From: Macrostomum lignano
Lineage: Eukaryota
Assembly: GCA_002269645.1 (NCBI GenBank)
Contig: NIVC01001340.1
Span: 1 to 64,000, forward strand
DNA: 64,000 nt
Direction of reading: 5' to 3'
Shown in pieces: positions 1-12,430 of the stretch (the stretch's first letter is position 1; each line of letters starts with the position of its first letter). The notes beneath the pieces are model-generated. The model worked only from the letters and a program-made list of their open reading frames with translations, ran no database searches and was not told where the DNA came from. The position numbers and the translations under genes are program-made.

Positions 1-1868
1 TCCCCAGATTGCAGCATCCCCGGATAGCAAGCATCCCCAGATAGCAAGCATCACCAAATAGCAAGCATCCCCAGATAGCAAGCATCCCCAGATAGCAAGC
101 ATCCCCCAGATAGCAAGCATCCCCCAGATAGCAAGCATCCCCCAGATAGCAAGCATCCCCAGATAGCAAGCATCCCCCAGATAGCAAGCATCCCCAGATA
201 GCAAGCATCCCCAGATAGCAAGCATCCCCCAGATTGCAAGCATCCCCCAGATAGCAAGCATCCCCAGATAGCAAGCATCCCCAGATAGCAGCATCCCCCA
301 GATAGCAAGCATCCCCAGATAGCAAGCATCCCCAGATAGCAAGCATCCCCAGATTGCAAGCATCCCCAGATAGCAAGCATCCCCAGATAGATAGATCCCC
401 AAATAGCAAGCATCACCACGTTAATTTCCTTAGCATTATGTGGCTCCTTTAAAATTCGCTCACTTTTACGTTTGAAATTGTGTATCTTTTATGTTTGACA
501 TGGTGGCTCTTTTATGTTTGAAATGAATCACTTATATGTTTGACATGGTGAATCTTTTAAATGTTTTACAGGTTGGCTCTTTAATTTTCAACATGGTGGC
601 TCTTTTATGTTCGACATAGTGGCTCCTTTATGTTCGACATGGTGGCTTTTTTATATTAGACATGGTGGCTCTTTTATGTTCTACATGGTGGTTCTTTTAT
701 GTTCGACATGGCGGCTCCTTTATGTTCGACATGGTGGCTCTCTAATGTTTGACATGGTGGCTCCTTAATGTTTGACATAGTGGCTCTTTAATATTCAACA
801 AAGTGGCTCTTTAATGTTTGACATAATGACTTTTTAATGTTCAAAATGGTGGCTCTTTAATGTTTGACATGGTGGCTCTTTAATGTTTGACATGGTGGCT
901 CTTTAATGTTCAACATAGGGCTCTTTAATGTTCGACACGATGGCACTTTAATGTTTGACATGGTGGCTCTTTAATGTTTGACATGGTAGCTCTTTAATGT
1001 TCGACACGATGGCACTTTAATGTTTGACATGGTGGTTCTTTAATGTTCGACATGGTGGCTCTTTAATGTTCGAAATGTTTTTTTTTGTTTTACAGTGGCT
1101 CTTTAATGTTCAACATGGTGGCTCTTTTTTGTTTGAAAAAAAGTCTCTTATATGTTTGACATGGTGGCTCTTAAATGTTCGGCATGATGGCTCTTTAATG
1201 TTCGACATGAAGTCACGTATATGTTTGATATAGAGTCACATATATGTTTTACATAGTGGCTCTTTTATGTTTGACATGGTGGCTCTTTTATGTTTGAAAT
1301 GGTGGCTCTTTAATGTTTGACATGGTGGCTCTTTAATGTTCGACATAGTGGCTCCTTTATGTACGACATGGTGGCTCTTTTATATTAGACATGGTGGCTC
1401 TTTAATGTTTGACATGGTGGCTCTTTACTGTTTGACATGGTGGCTCTTTAATGTTCAACATAGTGGCTCTTTAATGTTCGACACGATGGCACTTTAATGT
1501 TTGACATGGTGGCTCTTTAATGTTTGACATGGTGGCTCCATTATGTTTACATGGTGGCTCTTTAATTTTTGACATTGTGGCCCTTTAATGTTCGACATGG
1601 TGGTTCTTTAATGTTCGACATGGAGTCACGTATATGCTCGACATGGTGGCTCTTTAATGTTTGACATTGTGGCCTTTTAATGTTCGACATGGTGGCTCTT
1701 TGATGTTTGACATGGTGGCTCTTTAATGTTCGACATGGTGGCTCTTTAATTTTTGACATTGTGGCTCTTTAATGTTCGACATGGAGTCGCGTATATGCTT
1801 GGCATGGTGGCCCTTTTATGTTTAGCATTTTGTGTTTTGAAGGTGTTTTAACAAAAAAATTATTTTGC
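1..1868. repeat. Composite macro-repeat unit 1: 19-20 bp array A, spacer, 23 bp array B, tail
   Basis: Array A (GATAGCAAGCATCCCC(C)A) at 1-418; spacer AATTTCCTTAGCATTAT..GTTTGAAATTG; array B (TTTAATGTTTGACATGGTGGCTC) at ~490-1815; tail TTTAGCATTTTGTGTTTTGAAGGTGTTTTAACAAAAAAATT. Confidence 0.9.
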
Positions 1869-3575
1869 ATCCCCAGATGGCAAGCATCCCTCAGATTGCA
1901 AGCATCCCCCGGATAGAAAGCATCCCCCAGATAGATAGCATCCTCAAATAGCAAGCATCCACCAGACAATAAGTAGCTAGTGCGACAATTTCCTTAGCAT
2001 TATAGTGGCTCCTTTAAAATTCGCTCACTTTTATGTTTGAAATTGTATATCTTTTATGTTCGACATGGTGGCTCTTTAATGATTGACATGGTAGCCCTTT
2101 AATGTTCAACATGGTGGCTCTTTAATGTTCGAAATGGTCGTTTTTATGTTTTACATTGTGGCTCTTTAATGTTCGAAATGGTCGTTTTTATGTTTTACAT
2201 TGTGGCTCTTTAATGCTCAACATAGTGGCTCTTTTATGTTTGAAATAAAGTCTCTTATATGTTTCACATGGTGGCTCTTTAATGTTCGACATGGTGGCTC
2301 TTTAATTTTTGATGTGGTGGCTCTTTAATGTTCGACATGGTGGCTCCTTAATGTTCGACACGATGGCTCTTTAATGTTTGACATGATGGCTCTTTTATGT
2401 TTTACATGGTGGCTCCTTTATGTTCGACATGGTGGCTCTTTAATGTTCGACACGATGGCACTTTAATGTTCGACATGGTGGCTCTTTTATATTAGACATG
2501 GTGGCTCTTTTATGTTCTACATGGTGGTTCTTTAATGTTTGACATAGTGGCTCTTTAATATTCAACAAAGTGGCTCTTTAATGTTTGACATGGTGGCTCT
2601 TTAATGTTCAAAATGGTGGCTCTTTAATGTTTGACATGGTGGCTCTTTAATGTTCAACATACTGGCTCTTTAATGTTCGACACGATGGCACTTTAATGTT
2701 TGACATGGTGGTTCTTTAATGTTCGACATGGTGGCTCTTTTATGTTGTTAATGGTGGCTCGTTAATGTTCGACATGGAGTCACATATATGTTTGATATAG
2801 AGTCACATATATGTTTTACATAGTGGCTCTTTTATGTTTGAAATGGTGGCTCTTTAATGTTCGATATAGTGGCTCATTTATGTTCGACATGGTGGCTCTT
2901 TTATATTAGACATGGTGGCTCTTTAATGTTTGACATGGAGTCACGTATATGCTCGACATGGTGCTCTTTAATGTTAGACATGGTGGCTCTATTATGTTTG
3001 ACATGGTGGCTCTTTAATTTTTGACATTGTGGCTCTTTAATGTTCGACATGGTGGCTCTCTAATGTTCGGGATGATGGCTCTTTAATGTTCGACATGAAG
3101 TCACGTATATGTTTGATATAGAGTCACATATATGTTTTACATAGTGGCTCTTTTATGTTTGACATGGTGGCTCTCTTATGTTTCAAATGGTGGCTCTTTA
3201 ATGTTTGAAATGGTGTCTCTTTAATGTTCGATATAGTGGCTTATTTATGTTCGACATGGTGGCTCTTTTATATTAGACATGGTGGCTCTTTAATGCTTGA
3301 CATGGAGTCACGTATATGCTCGACATAATGCTCTTTAATGTTTGACATGGTGGCTCTATTATGTTTGACATGGTGGCTCTTTAATGTTCGACATGGTGGC
3401 TCTTTAATTTTTGACATTGTGGCTCTTTAATGTTAGACATGGTGGCTCTTTAATGTTTGACATGGTGGCTCTTTAATGTTCGACATGGAGTCACGTATAT
3501 GCTTGGCGTGGTGGCCCTTTATGTTTAGCATTTTGTGTTTTGATGGTGTTTTAACAAAAAATTATTATTAGTTAT
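1869..3575. repeat. Composite macro-repeat unit 2
   Basis: Same order as unit 1: short array A 1869-1965, spacer, array B ~2050-3520, tail ~3521-3570. Confidence 0.9.
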
Positions 3576-3709
3576 TATTATTTTGCTCTACTTAGATTCG
3601 AACCTCTGTTCTCTACAAGTAACAAAAAGACAGCCAAAAAATCCTTCACAAAGACAACAGACAAACTGCTCAAATGAAGTGCATTGCAAACAGAAATCAT
3701 CCCAAGACC

Positions 3710-5090
3710 GCAAGCATCCCCCAGATAGCAAGCATCCTTCAGATAGCAAGCATCCCCCAAATAGCAAGCATTCCCCAGATAGCAAGCATCCCTCAGATAG
3801 CAAGCATCCCTCAGATAGCAAGCATCCCCCAGATAGCAAGCATCCCCAGATAGCAAGCATCCCCTAGATAGCAAGCATCCCCCAGATAGCAAGCATCCCC
3901 AGATAGCAAGCATCCCCCAGACAATAAGTATTGTAGCTAGTTTAACAATTTCCTTAGCTTTATAGTGACTCCTTTAAATTGGCATGGCGCTTTATACCTT
4001 TACATTTGAAATTGTATATCTTTAATGTTTGACATGGTGGCTTTTTAATGTTTGACATGGTGGCTCTTCTATGTTTGCCATGGTGGCTCTTTTATGTTAA
4101 ACATAGTGGCTCTTTTAGGTTTGAAATGGTGGCTCTTTAATATTCTACATTGTGGCTCTTTTATGTTCGATATGATGGCTCTTCAAGGTTCGAAATGGTG
4201 GCTCTTTAATGTTTGACATAAAGTCACATATATGTTTGACATAGTGGCTCTTAAATGTTAGACATGGTGGCTCTTTAATGTTCGACATTGTGGCTCTTTA
4301 ATGTAAGACATTGTGGCTTTTTAATTTTAGACATGGTGGCTTTTTAATGTTTGACATGGTGGCTCTTTAATCTTTGACATTGTGGCTCTTTAATGTTCGA
4401 AATGGTAGCTCTTTAATATTCTACATGGTGGCTCTTTTATGTTCGACATGGTGGCTCTTTAATGTTTGACATAAAGTCACATATATGTTTGACATGGTGG
4501 CTCTTAAATGTTTGACATGGTGGCTCTATTATGTTTGACATGGTGGCTCTTTAATGTTCTTCATGGTGGCTCTTTAATGTTCGACATTGTGGCTCTTTAA
4601 TGTTTGACATGGTGGCTCTTTAATGTAAGACATTGTGGCTTTTTAATTTTAGACATGGTGGCTTTTTAATGTTTGACATGGTGGCTCTTTAATCTTTGAC
4701 ATTGTGGCTCTTTAATGTTCGAAATGGTAGCTCTTTAATATTCTACATGGTGGCTCTTTTATGTTCGACATGGTGGCTCTTTAATGTTTGACATATAGTC
4801 ACATATATGTTTGACATGGTGGCTCTTAAATGTTTGACATGGTGGCTCTATTATGTTTGACATGGTGGCTCTTTAATGTTCTTCATGGTGGCTCTTTAAT
4901 GTTCGACATTGTGGCTCTTTAATGTTTGACATGGTGGCTCTTTAATGTTCGATATGGTGGCTCTTTAATATTTGACATGGTGGCTCTTTAATGTTCGACA
5001 TGGTGCCACTGGTATGTTTGACATTGTGCTTCTTTTTAGTTTAGCTGTTTCGTGTTTTCAAGGTGTTTTAATAAAAAAATCATTTTGCAC
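3710..5090. repeat. Composite macro-repeat unit 3
   Basis: Array A 3710-3921, spacer, array B ~4020-5030, diverged tail to ~5088. Confidence 0.9.
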
Positions 5091-5140
5091 TGCTAAGATT
5101 CGAACCCAGGTCGCTACATTAGCATTCCAGTCTGTTTGCA
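5088..5140 (-). mobile_element. tRNA-derived SINE head fragment
   Basis: Minus strand reads ..GTAGCGACCTGGGTTCGAATCTTAGC.., a B-box-like GGTTCGAATC with no complete cloverleaf. Confidence 0.35.
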
Positions 5141-5619
5141 TCAGGGCTATCTCTTTTCAATTGGAGAACATGAATTGTGGCCCTTATAATTCAATTCTTA
5201 CAGCAAGTCAATTGGAGTAAAAAGTTATGACATAATCAATTTCTCAGTCAGCCAGTATCAGTCTCAATTTAAGTTAGCAATATGGTTACGCAATTTAAAT
5301 CAAGTCGTGTGTGCATTTCTTCGGTACTGTTTTCAACTTGTTGTGATGCAATCTTTATCAGAATTGAAATTCAGTCAGTCAGTTTTTTCTCTAGCATTCT
5401 TACAATGAATTTCAGGTCAAAAGAGCTGCTTGACCTTTGCAAAAAAGCATGTTTTTCGAATATTTAATCCCTTTAACATTGAGCAATTTCTTAGCCAAGA
5501 TGCATGTACCGTCCCAGGAAAATTTCTGATCGAATGGTGCAAGTTTGAAGAAAATCGGTTGAGCCAATTTGACTGAAATCTATCGCATACCCATATACAG
5601 ACATTTCATTTTTAGTATA

Positions 5620-5695
5620 TAGGATTGTTCGGTAGATTTTGGTGTAGATTGTTCGGTAGATTTTAGCGTAGATTGTTCGGTAGATTTTAGTTTAG
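5620..5695. repeat. Short 24 bp tandem repeat upstream of the phosphatase exon
   Basis: GTAGATTGTTCGGTAGATTTT.. occurs about 3 times. Confidence 0.75.
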
Positions 5696-5809
5696 AATCT
5701 GGTAGAATTAGCTGTGGATGGTGGGGCAGTGGCCGCCTAGATTTTAGATGTAGATTCTTATGTGGCACCAGGAGCTGCGAGATCCTTCCGCCCCACCCGT
5801 CACCACCAG

Positions 5810-6199
5810 GCGCTGCAGGTGTACTCCGCCCACGACAGCACCGTGGCCGCCTTCCTGCACGCCTTCCAAGTGTTCAACGGCCTGCGACCGCCGATGGCTG
5901 CCGGCATCATCGCCGAACTGTACGCCAGCGGCGAGTTCCGGCTGGTGTACAAGAACTCCACTGAGCAGCCGGCAGTCCACCAGCTCAGCATCCCGTTCTG
6001 CCCGCCGCCCTGCTTTCTTCCCCAGCTGGAGTCCGAGATGAGGCATCGCGGAGTCTGGGCCGAGACCGCTCAGGCCATGTGCGGCGGCGGCGGCGGCGAC
6101 TTTGCCGAAGACTCTCAGCAAGCCGAACCTCTGGGTGTTGTTTATAACTTCATCCTGGTCATTGTGCTGTCCGTTTCCTGGCTTCCCCTGCTGTACTGA
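5810..6199 (+). CDS. Terminal exon of a histidine acid phosphatase (lysosomal/prostatic type) with a C-terminal transmembrane segment; upstream exons lie outside the window
   Basis: LQVYSAHDSTVAAFL..PPMAAGIIAELY matches the HD-motif region of histidine acid phosphatases. Acceptor CACCAG at 5809 (5818 is an alternative). Hydrophobic tail VVYNFILVIVLSVSWLPLLY*. AATAAA at 6304. Confidence 0.85.
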   Translation, partial: ALQVYSAHDSTVAAFLHAFQVFNGLRPPMAAGIIAELYASGEFRLVYKNSTEQPAVHQLSIPFCPPPCFLPQLESEMRHRGVWAETAQAMCGGGGGDFAEDSQQAEPLGVVYNFILVIVLSVSWLPLLY

Positions 6200-6384
6200 G
6201 GCTGCGTGCGAATTGAAAATTTCAGTTTTGAGGCACTGCAGACAACAGCGGCTTGGATTGAATGCATCAGCCCCAGCTCCTGAAGATTATTGCTTTAGAA
6301 AATAATAAAATCAGCGCAAAGTCTTTTGGTTTTGAAATTTTATTTCAGATATTATTTTAATAACCGGTATTCAACTCACACTTA

Positions 6385-7400
6385 CTGAATACGATTCACA
6401 CAATCTAAATTAGATTCACACAATCTGAATCGGATTCACACTATCTGAATTGGATTAATAAAATCTGCATTTTATTCACACAAAATAAATTGGATTCACA
6501 CAATTGAACTGGATTCACACAAATTGAATTAGATTCACACAAAATGAATTGGATTCACACAAAATAAATTGGATTCACACAAAATAAACTGGATTCACAA
6601 AAATAAATTTGATTCACACAAATTGAATTAGATTCACCAAAATGAATTGGATTCACACAATCTGAATAAGATTCAATCAATCTGCATTTAATTCACACAA
6701 TCTGAACTATCTTCACACAATCTGAATCGGATTCACTCTATTTGAATCGGATTCACACAATCGGAATTGGGTTCACATAATCTGGATTAGCTTCACGTTT
6801 TTTAAATCGGATTCACACAAGCTAAATCGGATTCACACGTGACACAATCTGAATTGGATTCACACAGTCAGAATTGAATTTACACAGTCTGAATTCGATT
6901 CACTCAATCTGAATTGAGTTCACACGATCTCATATATATTCACATAATCTGATATGGACTCACACAATCTGAATTGGATTCACTCAATCTGAATTGGATT
7001 CACACAAATCTAAATCGGATTCACGTAATCTGGATTAGCTTCACGTGTTCTAAATTGGACTCACACAAGCTAAATTGGATTCACTCAATCTGAATTAAAT
7101 TCACTCAATCTGAATTGGATTCACACAAACTAAATTGAATTCACTCAATCTGAATTGGATTCACATAGAATGAATTAGATTCACACGATCTGAATCGGAT
7201 TCACGCGATCTGAATCGGATTCACTCAATCTGAATCGGATTCACACAATCTGAATTGGATTCACACAATTGCTGAATCGGTTTCACACAATCTGAATTGG
7301 ATTCACGCAATCTGAATTGGATTCACACAATCTGAACTCGATTCACGCGATCTGAACTAGATTCACGCGATTCACGGATTCACACAATTTGAATTATAGT
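6385..7400. repeat. 20 bp minisatellite between convergent genes
   Basis: GGATTCACACAATCTGAATT, about 50 degenerate copies. Confidence 0.92.
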
Positions 7401-7704
7401 CACATAATATAAATGGTTAGAAACTTGGTTTTAGTCATGAAAAATCAATAAGCACTGGAAGTACATTAGGCAGCAGGTGAGCTGAGAGCAGGAACAGTCT
7501 CTAGTCAAAGTAAAAATGAAGTCATCTGTTGCTCGCATGTATTCTGAATTCTCAGGGACTCTTAAAGAAAACAAACTAGTCAGTGAAAACCTCCAAGCTT
7601 TATTTTTAAAAACGATTAAGGCCTTGCTGAGTACTGAGTTCTGCTCTTAGTTACTAAGCTTGTCTGTGGTTGCTGAACTGCCCGGGTCAAAAGGTCATCG
7701 GCGG

Positions 7705-8610
7705 TCACAGGTTGCACAGGTCGGACTCGCAGTCCTGGCAGGCGATGCCCTGCTTCTCCATAATTGAGGGCGTGTTGGCACAGAAGCCGCATCCGCCTTC
7801 CAGTATCTGCGTATCCAATATAAATAAACTCGTTGCTAAGGGGTTTCCTTTCTTATAGATTGCTTTCTTATAAGTCAGTGAGGAGACAAGCGGTCAGGCA
7901 TACTGCTGACCCCTAGGCACTCAGGCACGCGCTCACACAGGGTGTACAGAGGCCCTGACTTTCTCACCGTCCGGCATGTACATGCCCTCAAGCCCCAGGC
8001 TCCTGCTGCAGCGTGGCTTTTATTTACAACTAGCCATATTTAAGTGTTCTGCGTCAGCTCACCGTGGTTGTAGAAGGCTGCGCGTACAGTCTGGTGTCCA
8101 GCGTGTGCACCTTGGCCTGGATGTAGCACTTGGCTGATGAGCACCGCCTGATCTGCATCTCGTCAACGAACTCGGTGCCGTAGAACTCGTAGAAATAGCA
8201 GTAAACTGTGGGTATGGGGTGGGCTGCCTGCCTGTCTGTCTGCCTGCCTGCCTGTCTGTCTGTCTGTGTGTCTGTCTGTCTGTGTGTCAGAGTGTCTGTC
8301 TGTCTGTCTGTCTGTCTGCCTGTCTGCCTGTCTGTCTGTCTGTCTGTCTGTCTGTGTGTCTGTGTGTCTGTCTGTCTGTGTGTCAGAGTGTCTGTCTGTC
8401 TGTCTGTGTGTCTGTCTGTCCCTTTGTCTTTCTGGCTTTCGCTAACCATTCCAACATAGATCCCATTGAAACATCTGGTCAGCACTCAAATTATAATCAC
8501 AGCACGCAGAACTCACGGACTTTGGTTCGCAGGCAGCTGCCAGGTGTCAGCAGAAGCAGGTAGGCCAGAAACACGGCGGGAAAAATAAACTTTCGAACGG
8601 TACTGCACAT
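7705..8610 (-). CDS. Small secreted three-finger (Ly6/uPAR-like) protein, 3 exons (8610-8517, 8205-8063, 7806-7705), ~112 aa
   Basis: Phase-compatible GT-AG splicing gives [112 protein letters not shown]. It has a signal peptide, 8 mature Cys and the terminal C-x-x-D-x-C-N motif. Confidence 0.8.
7905..8015 (-). mobile_element. SINE fragment (same family as 44553-44913) in intron 2 of the three-finger gene
   Basis: GCTCACACAGGGTGTACA..GCCCTGAC..GGCATGTACA matches 44700-44755. Confidence 0.65.
8224..8420. repeat. (TCTG)n microsatellite in intron 1 of the three-finger gene
   Basis: Visible tetranucleotide run with TGTG and CCTG variants. Confidence 0.95.
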
Positions 8611-8810
8611 TCTTGAAAGACTCCGGACTTCTATTTTCCTGCCTTTCCTTGGCAAGCAACTTTGATTCAGCTTCAAGCGACCGCTTTAAAAATCGGCTAA
8701 CAATAACTCATGCACGTTGCTCGAAAACTTGAGTAGTCTATGGTCCGAATCGCACTTAAAATACACGGAAATTTAGCTTCAAATTCAACTTTCTATTGCA
8801 GAAAGACAAG

Positions 8811-8815
8811 GCAGG

Positions 8816-8881
<66 letters not shown>

Positions 8882-8891
8882 GGCAGGCAGG

Positions 8892-8926
<35 letters not shown>

Positions 8927-8982
8927 GCAGACAGACAGACAGACAGGCAGGCAGGCAGCAGACAGACAGACAGACAGGCAGC

Positions 8983-9015
<33 letters not shown>

Positions 9016-9018
9016 CAC
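8811..9018. repeat. (CAGA)n microsatellite
   Basis: Visible tetranucleotide run. Confidence 0.95.
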
Positions 9019-9389
9019 AGATACAGTTTCTGCTACTGAGAGTAGCAAGTATAAGATAACATTATCGGGTTGCAGGTTTGCTGGATGAGGCACTATCTTT
9101 CAGTTCAGCAATTCACAAATTTCTACAATTAAGCTTACACACTGATAATTTTGTGGTTAGTTCTGTAGAATTCTGTACTTCTGTAGATTAACCATCTTCC
9201 TTGATTTTGTTTTTATTTCAGCGAATGAACGAAAGAGAATTGATCAGCGGGTTGCAGGGAAGGGAGTTAAAAAAACAATATTTTTTATTTAACCAAGGAA
9301 TCTAAATATAGTTGGCTTCATAAACGCAGCCAAAGCGTCTGCAGTCAGGCTGCACATGCGGCTGTTTGCAGCTGAGGGTCAAACTTCTC

Positions 9390-10175
9390 TCACTCGAACG
9401 GTGACACGCACTTGCACAGCACGGCTGATGGCTTGAAGTGCAGGGTAGAAGGAGAGAAGTCGTTGAGACCCGGATACATATAAAATCTTCCGATCGTGAC
9501 TTCACCATGAAGACGGTTGTCAGGCTGGCCTGTCAGATAGGAGCTCCACAGGTTGCTATCCACGCTGGTGTTGCAGCTGACCCACCGCCAGCCAAACTTC
9601 GACTTCGGACTCGCTGGAGACTGGAAGCCTCCGAGCCACAATGACTTCGACTGGCTGAAGTACTCGGCATTGAAGTGGCTGTCAATGAAGGACATCTCAG
9701 CTGCGTCTTCCACATCCGCCATAATCACCAGTCCGCTGTCATTCTCGCACCTCTGCCTGGCGTCCCACCAGTTTCCCGGACTCGGGTACGCCTTGTACTT
9801 CACTCCGCACCGCTCCTGGCCGTAACCAGCCGGACACAGGCGGCCGGGCTGCAGTCCCGCTCGGCTCTTCACAAACAGCCGGCCTGTCCGAGAGCAGCTG
9901 CAGTTCCTCACGCCTTCGCTGCACCTGTCGAACACGAACAGCTGGCACGGACCGTCTGCTGTGCTGAATGCCTGGCAGCGCGGTCGGATGCTGCACTGCA
10001 CTGAGCACTGCATCTCCGAGGTAGGACCGGCAGGGTCAATGCTGATGACCTCCGTGAACTCACTGTTGATGCACAGGCTGGCGTTGATCACTTCTTCGAA
10101 AGAGGACCGGCACTGGCCGCGAACAGCTGCGCAGAGGGCTAGCGGTAGGAGCAGAGCTGACTGCACCTGAGGCAT
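9390..10175 (-). CDS. Intronless secreted PAN/apple + C-type lectin domain protein, 261 aa
   Basis: Signal peptide MPQVQSALLLPLALCAAVRG; PAN-like QCSVQCSIRPRCQAFS..CQL; CTLD motifs NWWDARQRC, LWLGG, WRW, GQPDN, LND and terminal VLCK. Confidence 0.88.
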   Translation of the reverse strand: MPQVQSALLLPLALCAAVRGQCRSSFEEVINASLCINSEFTEVISIDPAGPTSEMQCSVQCSIRPRCQAFSTADGPCQLFVFDRCSEGVRNCSCSRTGRLFVKSRAGLQPGRLCPAGYGQERCGVKYKAYPSPGNWWDARQRCENDSGLVIMADVEDAAEMSFIDSHFNAEYFSQSKSLWLGGFQSPASPKSKFGWRWVSCNTSVDSNLWSSYLTGQPDNRLHGEVTIGRFYMYPGLNDFSPSTLHFKPSAVLCKCVSPFE

Positions 10176-12239
10176 TGGTCTTGCTTCTGATAGTTGGATT
10201 TTTGTTACAAATGCAACGGCATGCTGACAGAGTATCGCGGGATTTGCAACTTTTTATATTCCTTTTTCTGAGAGCTTGTTTAAACAATTTTTTCTTTTGA
10301 GTGGCACACGGAGACAACTCTGTTTGCGCACACAATAAAATCGTCTCAGCACGTATCTGTTCTTTGTCTGAAGTTCCTGGATATCTTGAGAATTTCTTCA
10401 TTCTCTAGCTAGCACTCAGCCATAAGCGATGGATTAGTGAAGCGATTCCTGCTCTCATTGTGAGCTCGCTATCTGTCGTGAAAGCTGCAGCATTACGTGT
10501 ATTAGGGCTTAGAATTCCACAAGAATGGGAGCTAAATAGAAAAAACCGCGTTAAACAATCAAGGGGTGCAGGGAGAAAGATAAGATGGAAGGCATGCAAA
10601 TAAATGGAATGATGCGGAGGCCAACAGAGGAGGCTCGTGATGGGACTACATGTATAACAACCACCATCCATTCCACCAGGATACAAAAGGTGATGGCAAT
10701 TAGAGCTACGAGCGTAGGGCGACACGGTTTACCACAGGCGAGCGTCTGCATGGAGGGTGAGAAGGCAGCGGCCACAGCCGCTACGCCCAAGACCGATGAG
10801 GAACTTTGCAAGAAAAACTCAAATACTGCATGACCACTCCCCATTGCTTCAACACTCAATCCTAAGCCAAAGTGATTGACACTAACTAATCAACCCTCTC
10901 ACAGGTAGCATAATACTCTGGGCGGGAATCTAGCCCCATCGGTAGCAGGGGACGAAAATCGAAAACATCCTTAAAGTTGACGAGGCCTCCGCACCACGAG
11001 CGCGGTACGTGCATCTCGCGATTTTCTGAAGCTCGTTCTAAAAACATTTGAAAACTCAAGTTCTACATATATTATTTGCGTGCTTTAGACTGAAGGTCAA
11101 ACCGAATGAGAAAAGTTTCACTAGAGTAGGAGAAATCCATCCGATCAACATGCAGTCATATCGATTGTAAGGCTTTCGACGTACGTCTAGAATAAGTAGA
11201 CAAAAATAAACACTGCGCGCATAGACGAGACCATGAAACAAAACACGCTCGTGTATTGTAACTCCGTGTATCGATGATTTAAACAGCAAATTTCTACTCT
11301 TTTGTCAAAATTGTATAAAAAAGGGAAGAGGAAAATGATTGTTTGTCACTAAACGCCCCCTGCAAGATTCAACTCCTTGACACCACACAATTGCCTCGCG
11401 CATCAATTTGGGGTTTTTGTGCTCAAACTCCCCAACAAAAGGGATGTTAATTCATGCATTTTCAGGAGCTCCAATTTACAATTGACACATGCACATACTG
11501 CTGCAGACTCATTCGCATGTGCGCGCGTTGGCAAAATCCGCATATAACTGATATGCCTCTTTGCTGGCTGCAAGATCGATCTACATGTACATGTAGATGG
11601 TCTATTGTACACATATATGTATATAAGTCAGTTTGAGCCAGGACTACCCACCAGGGGAGGGACCGAAGAAAGACAGCAGAGTTCAGGTATGATTTAAGTG
11701 GGTCGGGCGGGAAACAAATTTTTAATGGTAAATAGGCTGCAAAGTCACGTTTTTACAACAATTATTGCCAGTTATTACTATTTACTAAAATAAGTTACCT
11801 AAAACTGAAGCCATTTAGAATTTTTTATATTTTGAGTTGTTATAAAAAATAATTTTCTGTGTAGACCAATTGACGTGCGCAACGTTATAAATAACTAAAA
11901 TTTGTTAAGATAATTATAAAATTTGGTCCATTCAATTTGCTCGCACGCGAACATCAAGTTAGATAAAGAAATCAGCGTGCAAGTGCAAGATTGCTGAACC
12001 AACCATACAATGTATATGTAAACATTTTAAAGGCAAAGCAAAGTAATGTTAACGCATACCAGGTTTTTCGTATGCATTTAGATCTGAATTTAGACTAAAT
12101 TAATGCGACGGGGCTATACAAGTTGAAAAACATGGTTTTTATGTTGCACAATTTGGTCCTAGCTCCTAGCTAAACCAACCCTAAAGGGGCCTAACCACCA
12201 TCCATCAAAGCAAATGCGTAGGCCCTAACCAATCAATAA

Positions 12240-12430
12240 CAGGCGCGGATCCAGAAAAAAATTTAGGGGGGGGGGGCAAGGCCAAGGCAAGCTTTACGGT
12301 TACCAAGCACTACAACCCAATATTGGAAAATAGACCTGGCATGGTTGCAGGCCAAAAAATATGGCCAACATTTTTTGGCCGCCGCTGAGGGGGGCCTTGG
12401 CCCCTTGGCCCCCCTCTAGATCTGCCCCTG
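12240..12430. mobile_element. hAT-type MITE, family 2 (191 bp)
   Basis: Imperfect TIRs CAGGCGCGGATCCAG / CTAGATCTGCCCCTG; 8-bp TSD ATCAATAA at 12232-12239 and 12431-12438. Confidence 0.85.

Noticed and set aside
10405-10859. Three overlapping 80-106 aa ORFs upstream of the lectin gene
   Set aside because: No motif, coding bias or splice pattern that I can support.
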